From: a bacterium
GTDB lineage: Bacteria > UBA8248
NCBI GenBank assembly: GCA_965199855.1
Contig: OZ241326.1
Location: 1,440,001 to 1,504,000 of the forward strand
Direction of reading: 5' to 3'
DNA: 64,000 bases
Shown here one piece after another: positions 48,400-57,738 of the stretch (the first letter of the stretch is position 1; the number at the start of each line of letters is the position of its first letter). Made by a program: the position numbers and the translations under genes. Below the pieces are notes generated by a model. That model saw only the letters and a list, made by a program, of their open reading frames with translations. It did not search any database and was not told the DNA's origin.

Positions 48400-49413
48400 A
48401 TGGAAGCGCTGTCGAGGAAGGGCGCCGCCCCGAAAGGGCTGGAGCGAATCGACCACTACATTGATTCGGTCGACGAGGGCATCCGCCTGCACGTGAGGGA
48501 GAAGCGGCCCGGGGGCAAGAAAAAATTCGAGGACGCCGCCACGCTCCTCATCGTGCACGGGCGCATGGCGCCCGGCCCCGCCGCCTACGACCTGCCCGTT
48601 CCCGGCTATTCGTGGATGGACTACGTCGCCTCGCGCGGGTTCGACGTCTTCGCGCTCTCGGTTCGGGGATTTGGCGAATCCACCTGGCCGCCGGAGATGC
48701 TCGGGAGTCCCAAAGGCCGGCCTCCCGCCATACCGGGCAGGGTGGCCGTGAGAGACATCGGAGCGGCGGTGGACTTCATCTGCGAGCGGCGGGGCGTGAA
48801 CGGGCTCGCCATTCTGGGGCGATCCTGGGGAACGACGACGGCGCCGGCCTACGCGGCGGACAACATGGCGCGCGTCCACAGGCTCGCGCTCTACGCGCCC
48901 TATTACGCCTATGACAATCCCGCGCGGGCCAGGCAGCTGGAAGACCCCCGAAGGCCCGGGGAATTCGACGCCGGGCGAGGCGCCTGGTCCTGGTGCGCGG
49001 AGCGGGACGTTCACGAGCGATGGTGGGGCCACATACCGGGGGAGGCGCACCACGAATGGCGCGAGCCCAGGGTGCTGAGGGCGTATTTCCGCGAGCTCCT
49101 GCGCCACGACCCGCGGGGCGCCGGGCGCAGGACGCCCGCGTTTCGACTGGCGAACGGCTCCCTGCGGGACTTATACGATCGGGCGAGAAACGTTCCCCTC
49201 TACGACGCGGGCGAAATCACGTGTCCCGTCCTCCTCATCCGGGGCGAGCTGGACGGCGCCTCGGACGACCCCGAAGTCTGGGGGCTGTATCGCGCGCTTC
49301 GCAACAGCCGGGGCAGGCGCTACGTCATCATCAGCGACGGCACGCACTTCATGGAGCTGGAAAAGCGCAGGAGGGAGCTGCTGAGCGAGGTGCAGCTGTT
49401 CCTGGAGGGATGA
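48400..49413 (+). CDS. Alpha/beta hydrolase
   Basis: VHG, RGFGES, GRSWG, RGELD and GTH motifs. Confidence 0.85.
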   Translation: MEALSRKGAAPKGLERIDHYIDSVDEGIRLHVREKRPGGKKKFEDAATLLIVHGRMAPGPAAYDLPVPGYSWMDYVASRGFDVFALSVRGFGESTWPPEMLGSPKGRPPAIPGRVAVRDIGAAVDFICERRGVNGLAILGRSWGTTTAPAYAADNMARVHRLALYAPYYAYDNPARARQLEDPRRPGEFDAGRGAWSWCAERDVHERWWGHIPGEAHHEWREPRVLRAYFRELLRHDPRGAGRRTPAFRLANGSLRDLYDRARNVPLYDAGEITCPVLLIRGELDGASDDPEVWGLYRALRNSRGRRYVIISDGTHFMELEKRRRELLSEVQLFLEG

Positions 49414-49522
49414 GCGCGCAGCCCCGGCGCTTGCGCCCGCAGAGGCGAGCGGCTAGATTGGGCGGCCTTCGGGAGAGCGAGGAGCTTCCGTCCCATATCG
49501 TCCGCAGCCGAAAGGAGTTCTC

Positions 49523-49975
49523 ATGTCCGTTCTATCCGCGCCCACGAAGCAGCGCTGGTGTCTGATCGATTCCACGGCCATCGGCGTGGACAAGAAATAC
49601 GAGCCGCCCCTCATCATCGCGTGGGGCGTGGACAGCAGCTCGACAGGCACGCGGACCATCACGATGGGACGCACCATCATTCCGCCCAAGGGCCGCAACC
49701 AGAGGCACTACCACGTGTGCGACGCCACGTTCTACATCGTGAAAGGCCCGATCATCGTATGGATGGGGGAGGACAAGGAGGAGCATACGGTGCCCTCGGG
49801 CACGTTCGTCTATTGCGCCGCGGGCGAGATTCACGGCCTCTACAACCCGAGCGAAACGGAGGACGCGGAGCTCGTCTTCACCTACGGGAATTGTCCGAAC
49901 CGCGACGCCGCGAGAACCATCTACGTGGAAGAGGAATGGATGGAGGAGGACGCGAGAGACAGGATTCCCGGCTGA
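49523..49975 (+). CDS. Cupin domain protein
   Basis: RHYH...GEIH pattern; AAGGAG ribosome-binding site. Confidence 0.8.
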   Translation: MSVLSAPTKQRWCLIDSTAIGVDKKYEPPLIIAWGVDSSSTGTRTITMGRTIIPPKGRNQRHYHVCDATFYIVKGPIIVWMGEDKEEHTVPSGTFVYCAAGEIHGLYNPSETEDAELVFTYGNCPNRDAARTIYVEEEWMEEDARDRIPG

Positions 49976-50035
49976 ATTCCGCGCGTCGAAAAGCAAAGGG
50001 CCGGCCGCGGCGGCCGGCCCGGGACGGGCCGCTCC

Positions 50036-50572
50036 TCAGTTCAGGAGCGAGACCAGCCCCAGGTAGCTCTCTTTGAGGCCCTTCGCCTCGGGCGCGCGGC
50101 GGAGCGCCTGGTAAATCTCTCCCTTCGCCTTGCCGTGCTCTCCCTTTTGAAGGTAGATGCGCCCCAGGTTCATGTAGGGGAAGTGGCGGGGCTCGTATCT
50201 CGGCGCGGACTTGGCCTTCTCGAGCCATTCGGCCGCCTCGTCGAGCTCGCCCAGCTGCATGAGATAGCAGCCGATGTCGTTGTAGGGATTGCCGAATTCC
50301 GCATCCACCTCGATGGCCATGCGGCACTCCTCGATGGCTTCCTCCAGGCGGCCCTGCTTGCTGTACATCCAGCCCAGATAGGTGTGCGCGTCCGCGGTGG
50401 GGTGGTAGGCGATGGAGTCCCGATACAGCGCGATGGCCTTCTCCAGGTCTCCGCGCGCGTGGGCGAGACCGCCCTTGCTCAGGAGATCGAGGGCGCGCTT
50501 GAGGTCGGGGTTCACCCGCGCCTCGTCCCCGTATTTCTCATCGAAGCTCGCGCCTTCGGATTCATTCGTCAT
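50036..50572 (-). CDS. Tetratricopeptide repeat protein
   Basis: AHTYLGW, GNPYNDIG and PYMNLGR TPR units. Confidence 0.85.
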   Translation of the reverse strand: MTNESEGASFDEKYGDEARVNPDLKRALDLLSKGGLAHARGDLEKAIALYRDSIAYHPTADAHTYLGWMYSKQGRLEEAIEECRMAIEVDAEFGNPYNDIGCYLMQLGELDEAAEWLEKAKSAPRYEPRHFPYMNLGRIYLQKGEHGKAKGEIYQALRRAPEAKGLKESYLGLVSLLN

Positions 50573-50613
50573 CGGGCTCCGGCCTCCCGCAATCGAACAT
50601 GAGCGGCGCTGAA

Positions 50614-50644
50614 ATTATGCCATTCCCGGGCGCGCGCCTGTCAA
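50614..50644 (-). promoter_or_regulatory. Possible sigma70 promoter for the TPR gene
   Basis: TTGACA-N19-CATAAT with an extended-10 TG, on the minus strand. Confidence 0.4.
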
Positions 50645-50758
50645 GGCCGGCCCGCCGCCGCGCGCTGGCGCGGGAGAGGCCGGATATGAAAGAATGCGCG
50701 AGGCCCGCTCCGCCGGCTCCCGGCGCGCCTCGCGAGCCTCAGAGAGAATGAGGGGAAA

Positions 50759-52123
50759 ATGAACGGCCCTACGCGCGAACTCGCCCGGTTCATCAGCGAA
50801 GTTTCCTATGCCGATTTGCCGGAGAGCCTGCGCGCCTGCCTGCGGAAATACTTTCTGGACGCTCTCGGCTGCGGCCTGTACGGCTCCACCACGGAATCGG
50901 GAAAAATACTCTCGCAATTCGTTCGAGAGCAGGGCGGAAGCGCGGAGGCCGCCCTCTGGAGGAGCGGCTGGCGGGGGCCGGCGGAGCAGGTCGCGCTCTG
51001 CCTGGGCGTCTGGATGCACGCCTTCGAGCTGGATGACTACCACGGCGGGGCCAAGCTCCACCCGGGCGCGGTGGTGTTCGCCGCCGCGTATCCGCTCGCG
51101 GAGAAGAGGGGAGCGGGGGGAGAGGACTTCATGGCCGCCTGCGCCGCGGGCTATGAGGCGATGATCCGGGCGAGCGTCGCCGCCGGTTCGCTCGAGGTCC
51201 GCAGACGGGGATTTCATCTGACGGGGCTGTGCGGCCCCTTCGGCGCGGCGGCGGCCGCCGCGCGCCTGATGGAATTGTCCCCGGAGCAGACGGCCGACGC
51301 CATGGGGCTGGCGGGAACCCAGGGGGCGGGCACGTGGGCCTTTCAGTGCGACGGCTCGGAGGCGAAGCGCTTTCACGCGGGCCGCGCGGCCCAGAGCGGC
51401 CTCATGGCCGCCTCCCTCGCCGCGCGCGGCTACACAGGCCCCCGGGAAATTTTCGAGTATGAGGACGGGGGCTTCCTCCGGGCGTTCAGCGGCTGCGGGG
51501 AGCCGGCGGCGCTGACGAAGGATCTGGGCGCGCGCTGGGAGGCCGAGGCGGTCTCCTTCAAGCCCTACTGCTGCTGCGGAAGCGCGCACTCGACCATCGA
51601 CGCCGTTCTCGCCCTGCGCGCCGAGCACGGCCTCGCGCCGGAGGACGTGCGCGAGATCGAGATCATGAACCACAGCGTGGTGAAGCGGCAGTGCTCCTGG
51701 CGCTACGAGCCCGTGAGTCCGCTGCGCGCGCAGATGAACATCGAGTATTGCGCGGCGGTCGCGCTCGCCGACGGGGAGGCGGGCCCCGGGCAGTTCGCCC
51801 CCGGGCGCATCGCCGACCCGCGGCTGGTGGCGCTCGCCCGTCGGACGCGATTCACGGTCGATCCTGAAATCGAACGGCTCTACCCCGGGACTTTTCCCGC
51901 CAAGGTGGCGATTCGCACCCATGACGGCCGCGAGCTCAGGAGCCGCGTCGCGGGCCCCAGGGGCTCGCCCCAGAACCCGATGGATTTCGACATGGTGGAG
52001 GAGAAGTTCAGGCGGATCGCCGGCGGCGTCATTCCGCCCGATTCCCTGGACGCGCTGGCCGCGGCCGCGCGGGAGCTGGACGGGCTGGAGAGGCTGGGCG
52101 ACCTGGCGGCGCACCTCGCCTGA
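50759..52123 (+). CDS. MmgE/PrpD family protein
   Basis: ELDDYH..HPG, GFH, KRFHAG, FKPYCCC and GSP.NP motifs. Confidence 0.9.
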   Translation: MNGPTRELARFISEVSYADLPESLRACLRKYFLDALGCGLYGSTTESGKILSQFVREQGGSAEAALWRSGWRGPAEQVALCLGVWMHAFELDDYHGGAKLHPGAVVFAAAYPLAEKRGAGGEDFMAACAAGYEAMIRASVAAGSLEVRRRGFHLTGLCGPFGAAAAAARLMELSPEQTADAMGLAGTQGAGTWAFQCDGSEAKRFHAGRAAQSGLMAASLAARGYTGPREIFEYEDGGFLRAFSGCGEPAALTKDLGARWEAEAVSFKPYCCCGSAHSTIDAVLALRAEHGLAPEDVREIEIMNHSVVKRQCSWRYEPVSPLRAQMNIEYCAAVALADGEAGPGQFAPGRIADPRLVALARRTRFTVDPEIERLYPGTFPAKVAIRTHDGRELRSRVAGPRGSPQNPMDFDMVEEKFRRIAGGVIPPDSLDALAAAARELDGLERLGDLAAHLA

Positions 52124-52154
52124 CGGCGGGCGGCATTCGGGAGGGGAGACGCGA

Positions 52155-53531
52155 ATGCAGACGATGAGCGACAAGCTGGCGCGCTTCGCCGCGAACCTGT
52201 CGTATGAGGACATTCCCGAACGGGTGATCGAGAAGGCCAAACGCCACCTGCTCGACGCCCTGGGCATCGGCCTCGCCGCGACGCGCGAACCCTACGCCGA
52301 AGCGGTAGCGAAAACGGCGCGCGACTGGGGCGGCAGGCCCCAGGCCACCGTCTGGCGGCATGGGGATCGACTGCCGGCCGCCCACGCCGCCATGGTGAAC
52401 GCCAGCTGCGTGCACGGCCTCGACTTCGACGACACCCATACGGATTCCATCACTCACGTGAGCGCCTGCGTGGCGCCCACGGCGCTGGCGGCGGGGGAGG
52501 CCGCGGGCGCGAGCGGCAGGGATATCCTGACGGCCATGGTGGCGGGCTACGAGGTCATCGCCCGAATCGGGGGCGCGGCGCCGGGCGCGTTTCACGCCGG
52601 GGGCTACCACGCCACGCCGATATGCGGCGTCTTCGGCGCGGCCGCCGTCATGGGGCGGCTGATGGGGCGGACGCCCGAGGTTATCGCCCATGCGTTCGGG
52701 GTGTGCGGGAGCCAGGCGGCGGGGATTCAGGAATTTCTGGACGACGGGAGCTGGGTGAAGCGGTTTCATCCGGGCTGGGCGTCTCACGCGGGCATCACGG
52801 CCGCGCAGCTGGCGGGGCACGGATTCCTCGGCCCCCGAAAGGTACTGGAAGGCAGGTTCGGCCTCTACGCCACGCATCTGAGAGACGCGGCCTACGATCC
52901 CGAAATTCTGGCGGGCGGGCTCGGCGAGCGCTGGGAGACGCTGCGCATTTCGTTCAAGCCCTATCCCTGCTGCCATTTCAATCACGCGGCGATGGACGCG
53001 GCGAGGAATCTGGCGCGGGAGGCGGGAATCTCCCCCGACGAGATCGAGGAGGTGGAGACCATCACGCCCGAGCAGATTCTCCACATCGTGTGCGAGCCCA
53101 TCGAGCATAAGCGAAGGCCCAACACGCCCTATGCGGCCCTTTTCAGCCTGCCCTATTGTCTGGCGGTGAACGTGGTGAGGGGCGGGACGACGATCGATGA
53201 CTTCGAGGAGGAGCGGCTGAACGACGACCGGGTGCTGGCGCTGGCCGCGAAGGTGAGATGCTCGGGCGTGGCATCCGACCGGTTTCCCAAATACCTCCAC
53301 GGCGGCGTGAGGATGACGCTCGCCGACGGGCGCGTCCTGTCGCGCGAGGAGCCCGTCAACTGGGGAAACCCCGAAAACCCGATGGAGTGGAAAGATATCG
53401 AGGCCAAGTTTCGCGGAAACGCGCGCCGCGTCCTTCCCGAAAGCGGCGTTGACGCCGCCGTCGCGGCCGTTCTGGCGTTCGAGGCGGCGCCGGACGCGAG
53501 CGCCTTGATGAGCGCGTGCGTGGCCGCCTGA
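52155..53531 (+). CDS. MmgE/PrpD family protein
   Basis: DFDDTH, GYH, KRFHPG, FKPYPCC and GNPENP motifs. Confidence 0.9.
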   Translation: MQTMSDKLARFAANLSYEDIPERVIEKAKRHLLDALGIGLAATREPYAEAVAKTARDWGGRPQATVWRHGDRLPAAHAAMVNASCVHGLDFDDTHTDSITHVSACVAPTALAAGEAAGASGRDILTAMVAGYEVIARIGGAAPGAFHAGGYHATPICGVFGAAAVMGRLMGRTPEVIAHAFGVCGSQAAGIQEFLDDGSWVKRFHPGWASHAGITAAQLAGHGFLGPRKVLEGRFGLYATHLRDAAYDPEILAGGLGERWETLRISFKPYPCCHFNHAAMDAARNLAREAGISPDEIEEVETITPEQILHIVCEPIEHKRRPNTPYAALFSLPYCLAVNVVRGGTTIDDFEEERLNDDRVLALAAKVRCSGVASDRFPKYLHGGVRMTLADGRVLSREEPVNWGNPENPMEWKDIEAKFRGNARRVLPESGVDAAVAAVLAFEAAPDASALMSACVAA

Positions 53532-53553
53532 CGGCGCCCGGGAAAGCCTCGCG

Positions 53554-53970
53554 TTAAGACTTCATGATTTTTCGCGCGAATTCTCGGAGGACGCCTTTCA
53601 GCGTTTCTCCCGAAATGCCTTTCAGGGCGTCCTCATAGGACACCCAGCGGCGCTTTCGCTCGCCGCGCTCGGGCCAGTCCTCCTCGATGGCGTTCACCTC
53701 CAGGTGGAATACCTGAACCTCACATCGGCCCGCGCCGATTTCGTATTCGTAGCCGGCGAACGCCTCGGGCGAGATCGCGCCCCGAACGCCGGCCTCCTCC
53801 CAGGCCTCGGCGACGGCGGCCTCCTGATCGGTCTGCCCCGGCTCCACGCCGCCCTGGGGGATGATCCACCGAGGGCTGGGGTCCCGCGACGTGATGAGGA
53901 GAATTTCGAGCCGCGCGCCCGCCTTGCGCCAGGGAACGGCCGCCGCCTGCGAATAGGCGCCGCGCGTCAT
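53554..53970 (-). CDS. NUDIX hydrolase
   Basis: LITSR, W..P.GG...EAWEEAG and WPE...R.RRW motifs. Confidence 0.85.
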   Translation of the reverse strand: MTRGAYSQAAAVPWRKAGARLEILLITSRDPSPRWIIPQGGVEPGQTDQEAAVAEAWEEAGVRGAISPEAFAGYEYEIGAGRCEVQVFHLEVNAIEEDWPERGERKRRWVSYEDALKGISGETLKGVLREFARKIMKS

Positions 53971-54076
53971 ATTCCCGCATCCGGGCATCGGTGAAGCCTC
54001 CTGCGATGGTTCAGCGCCTCGCCTCCGAGATGGACGCCGCGTTTTCAGGGCTTTGCGGGTGGCCCGGACGCGGACC

Positions 54077-54457
54077 TCACTCCGACAACGGGCGGAATAC
54101 CTCCACAAGGTTGTCCGAGGGGTCTCTGAAGAAGAGCTGCCGCATTCCCAGCGCGGCGTTGACGCCGTCCTTCACCTCGACGCCCGCCGTCTCCAGCCTG
54201 CGCTTCACCGGTTCGAGGTCGGACGCCGCGAAGGCGAAGTGGGTCTCCCCGGCTCCCGTGCCCGGAACCGCCGCTTCGCCGGGGCGATCCCCCCGGCCCG
54301 TCAGGTGGAGCTGGCAGGCGCCCGCCTGGAGCCAGAAGCCGGGGTTCGGCAGCGCCGGGCGGTCGATTTCCGCGAGCTCCAGCAGGCCGGCGTAGAAATC
54401 GCGCGCTTCCTCCAGGTCATCCACGGAGATGGATATGTGGTGCATTCCCTCGAGCAT
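54077..54457 (-). CDS. VOC/glyoxalase family protein
   Basis: HHISI, QLHL, HFAF and FFRDPSDNLVE motifs. Confidence 0.85.
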   Translation of the reverse strand: MLEGMHHISISVDDLEEARDFYAGLLELAEIDRPALPNPGFWLQAGACQLHLTGRGDRPGEAAVPGTGAGETHFAFAASDLEPVKRRLETAGVEVKDGVNAALGMRQLFFRDPSDNLVEVFRPLSE

Positions 54458-54486
54458 GGCCGCCCCTCCGCTTTTCAGCCCGTGAA

Positions 54487-55329
54487 TCAGGACGCGAATT
54501 CGGGCTCTATCCTCTTCGGTATGACGCCCGCATCGGCCGCGCGGCCCAGCAGCTCCGAGACGGCCCTGCGCCCGGCGTCGCCGTAGGAGCGCGTCCAGTC
54601 GTTCACGTACATGCCGACGAAAACGTCCGCCTTCTCGCGCGGGAGGTCGCGGGCGTAGGCCATGGCGTGGTCGAGCGCCTCCTCGCGGTTCTCGAGCGCA
54701 TAGACGATGCTCTGGCGCAGCAGGCGGCTCACCTCGCGCACGACTTCCGCTCCCAGGTCTTTTCGGATGACGTTGCAGCCCAGGGGCAGGGGGCCGCCGG
54801 TCTCGCGCGCCCACCACGCGCCCAGATCCGCCGCCAGATGAAAGCCCTCCTCCGCGTAGGTGAGCTGGCCCTCGTGAATCAGAAGACCCGCGGGCGACGC
54901 CCCGCGCTTCACCTCCTCCATGATGCGGTCGAAAGGGACGACGCGATGGTTCGGCGCCTCGCCTCCGAGATAGAGGCGCAGGGCGAGCCATGCCGTCGTC
55001 AGCAGGCCGGGGACGGCGATTTCCGCGCTTTTCAGCGCATCGGGCGCCATCGGCTCGCGCGAGATGACGACGGGGCCGTAGCCGTCCCCGAAGCTCGCCC
55101 CGTGCGGCAGGATGGCGTAGCGATCCGCCAGATGGCAGTAGGCGTGAAAGCTCACCGCGCTCACCTCGTATTCGCCCCTGAAGGCGGCCTGGTTCAGCGT
55201 TTCGATGTCGTGGAGCTCGTGGATGAACTCATAGGCGCCGCAGTCGATCTTTTCGTTCGCCAGGGCGTGGAACATGAAGGCGTCGTCCGAATCCGGGCTG
55301 TGGGCGACGCGAATGGTTTTTTTCGACAC
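54487..55329 (-). CDS. mqnD: 1,4-dihydroxy-6-naphthoate synthase (futalosine pathway)
   Basis: AHSPDSDDAFMF, DIETLN, GDGYGP, IHEGQ, PLPLG and MYVN motifs. Confidence 0.88.
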   Translation of the reverse strand: MSKKTIRVAHSPDSDDAFMFHALANEKIDCGAYEFIHELHDIETLNQAAFRGEYEVSAVSFHAYCHLADRYAILPHGASFGDGYGPVVISREPMAPDALKSAEIAVPGLLTTAWLALRLYLGGEAPNHRVVPFDRIMEEVKRGASPAGLLIHEGQLTYAEEGFHLAADLGAWWARETGGPLPLGCNVIRKDLGAEVVREVSRLLRQSIVYALENREEALDHAMAYARDLPREKADVFVGMYVNDWTRSYGDAGRRAVSELLGRAADAGVIPKRIEPEFAS

Positions 55330-55367
55330 CGGCTCTGCTTCTCCCAAAACGCGGCCCGCTCGGGGCG

Positions 55368-56489
55368 TCACGCGTTCTCGCGCGAAAGAAAATCCCGCCG
55401 CAGGTCCGGCGCCCCGCCCTCGGCGGCGGAGCGCAGGAGGGTGCCGATGAGCGCGGCCGCGGCCTCCAGGTCCGATTCCGCAAAAACCTCCACTGGACTG
55501 TGGGAATAGCGCCGGGGCAGGTTGATCGGGACGACGGGCAGTCCCCCCGGCCGGGATTTGCTCAGGGTGGCGGAATCGAGAAAGGTGCCCACGAAGACGT
55601 CTTCCTGAAGGGGCGTTCCGGCGTCGCGCGCCGTCTCCTTCACCCAGCGGATGAGTTCGGGCGGCGTGACGTATCCGTAGAGGCTGGCGGGCTGGTGGTC
55701 GTATCTCCTCAGCGCGGGCCCCGCGCCGAGCTTCGCGCCGCGGGCGTCCGCGCGTCCGGGGCCGTCGGCGGGCACGTTGTCGAGGGCGATGGCGAGCGCG
55801 GGCGGGTCGGCCTCTCCGAGGGAGAGCACGGAAGCCCCGCGCCCGCCGATTTCCTCCTGGACGCAGAAGGCGGCGCTCAGGCGCAGCTTCTCCGGGAGGG
55901 AGCGGGCCGCGTTCACGAACGCCTCCACGCACAGGGCGCAGCCCGATCGGTTGTCCACCGCCTTCGACTTCCACGCGCCGCCGGGCAGCCGGGTGAAGGG
56001 GCCGTGGAACACGCCCGGCGTTCCCGCCTCGACGCCGAGAGCGCGAACCGCCTCGCCGTCCGGGGCGCCCAGGTCTACCCACATTTCATCGACGCCGGGA
56101 CGCTCCTGTCCCTCAAGAGCCTGGAGGTGGCCGCTCCGAACGTTGACGACGCCCCGGCGCAAGGCGCCGTCCGCCGTCAGGAGCGCGACCTCGCGCCCGG
56201 GAAAAACCGCGTCCGCCACGAGTCCCGCCTTCTCGAAGCGCACAGCGCCCTCCGCCTCGACGCCCGTGACGACGAGGCCGACCTCGTCCATGTGGCATTC
56301 GAGCAGGACGTGGGGCGCGCCCGGCTTCGCCTCGCGCCGGGCGATGAGATTGCCGATGGCGTCGCGCCGCAGCTCGCTCGCGCTCGCCTTCACCATTTCC
56401 GCAATGGCGTCGCGCACGGCGCCCTCGTGTCCGGGCGGGCCGGGCAGGGCGCACAGCGTCTTCATTCTCTCGATCAGGGGCGAGGGCAT
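55368..56489 (-). CDS. M42 family metallopeptidase
   Basis: HMDEVG, KAVDNRSG, VQEEIG and RYSHS motifs. Confidence 0.85.
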   Translation of the reverse strand: MPSPLIERMKTLCALPGPPGHEGAVRDAIAEMVKASASELRRDAIGNLIARREAKPGAPHVLLECHMDEVGLVVTGVEAEGAVRFEKAGLVADAVFPGREVALLTADGALRRGVVNVRSGHLQALEGQERPGVDEMWVDLGAPDGEAVRALGVEAGTPGVFHGPFTRLPGGAWKSKAVDNRSGCALCVEAFVNAARSLPEKLRLSAAFCVQEEIGGRGASVLSLGEADPPALAIALDNVPADGPGRADARGAKLGAGPALRRYDHQPASLYGYVTPPELIRWVKETARDAGTPLQEDVFVGTFLDSATLSKSRPGGLPVVPINLPRRYSHSPVEVFAESDLEAAAALIGTLLRSAAEGGAPDLRRDFLSRENA

Positions 56490-56757
56490 CGCGTTGTCCC
56501 GAAAGCGCTGGATGGCGATTCGAAAGCCGGAAGCGATTTTTGACGGGGAAATACTCTCACGCGGCGGGAGGCTTGCCAAGCCGCCGCGACGCCGGGAGAC
56601 GGCGAGGCGTGAATGCGCCTGGCCCGCGCCTTATTCTTCTTGCCGCCCGGTTCGGCTTCCGGTGAAATTGACCGCTTCGGGGCGGGCGTGTAGGCTTGGG
56701 GGCGATTCCCCGTGAATTTCGAGGCGCGCGGCCCGCGCCCGAGCGGAGAGACGCGCG

Positions 56758-57462
56758 GTGAGCGATGATGAGCGGATGGCGGATCTGCTGAGCGTCGTCA
56801 TGCCCTGCTACAACGAGCGGGAGACGATTCGGGAAATCGTCGCCCGCGTCAGGGCGGCGCCGATGAACCTGGAGCTCATCATCGTGGACGACGGCAGTAC
56901 GGACGGTACCCGCGAGATTCTGGCCGAAATCGAGCGGGAGGGCGCGCGCGTCCTCTACAGGGAGAGGAACGAGGGCAAGGGCGCCGCCCTGCGCGACGGG
57001 TTCGCGGCGGCCGGCGGGGACGTGATCGTCGTTCAGGACGCGGACCTGGAGTATGACCCCTCGGAGTTCGCCGACCTCTACGCCCCCATCCGCCGAGGGG
57101 CGGCCGACGTGGTCTATGGCACGCGCTTCGGCGGAAGACCCCAGCGCGTGCACATGTTCTGGCACAAGACGGGGAACCGGCTGCTGACCTTCCTGGCGAA
57201 CCTGCTGTTCAACTGCACGCTCACCGACATGGAGACCTGCTACAAGATGTTCCGGCGCGAGGTCGTGAAGGACATGGACATCCGCGCCAGGGGGTTCGAC
57301 TTCGAGCCGGAGTTCACCGCGAAGATCCTGAAGGCGAAGCGCTGGCGCGTCTATGAGGTTCCCATCTCCTACTACGGGCGCGCCTATTCGGAGGGCAAGA
57401 AGATCACCTGGCGCGACGGCATCGTCGCCGCGTGGACGCTTCTGCGCGAGCGCTTCTCCTGA
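56758..57462 (+). CDS. GT2 glycosyltransferase (polyprenol-phosphate sugar synthase-like)
   Basis: PCYNE, VDDGSTDGT, GKG, QDADLEYDP, DMETCYK and GKKI.W.DG motifs. Confidence 0.9.
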   Translation: MSDDERMADLLSVVMPCYNERETIREIVARVRAAPMNLELIIVDDGSTDGTREILAEIEREGARVLYRERNEGKGAALRDGFAAAGGDVIVVQDADLEYDPSEFADLYAPIRRGAADVVYGTRFGGRPQRVHMFWHKTGNRLLTFLANLLFNCTLTDMETCYKMFRREVVKDMDIRARGFDFEPEFTAKILKAKRWRVYEVPISYYGRAYSEGKKITWRDGIVAAWTLLRERFS

Positions 57463-57469
57463 ATCACCC

Positions 57470-57591
57470 TCCCGGACGGGCGACCACCGCCCCTCCGCCG
57501 CCTGGACGGCTTCGAGCGCGGCGACGGCGGACTCCGTGAGTTCCGGGCCGCTGCCGTCTCCCGGTATGGTGATGACGCGGTATTCCTTCAT
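57470..57591 (-). pseudogene. 5' remnant of an isocitrate/isopropylmalate/tartrate dehydrogenase family gene
   Basis: MKEYRVITIPGDGSGPELTESAVAALEAV with a purine-rich ribosome-binding site. Similarity ends after about 33 codons, where it meets the 3' end of the GT2 gene. Confidence 0.7.
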
Positions 57592-57738
57592 CCTCTTTCC
57601 TTCGGACGGTCGCCTCGTTCGCGCGCGAGCGCAGCGAAAATTCTCCCGCATGGAGAAGCCGCGCGGCTCCTGGATTGCGGCTTTCGCCGCAATGGTGGGG
57701 GGCTGAATGAATGCTCCCGCCGGCCGCCGCGTTCGCCT

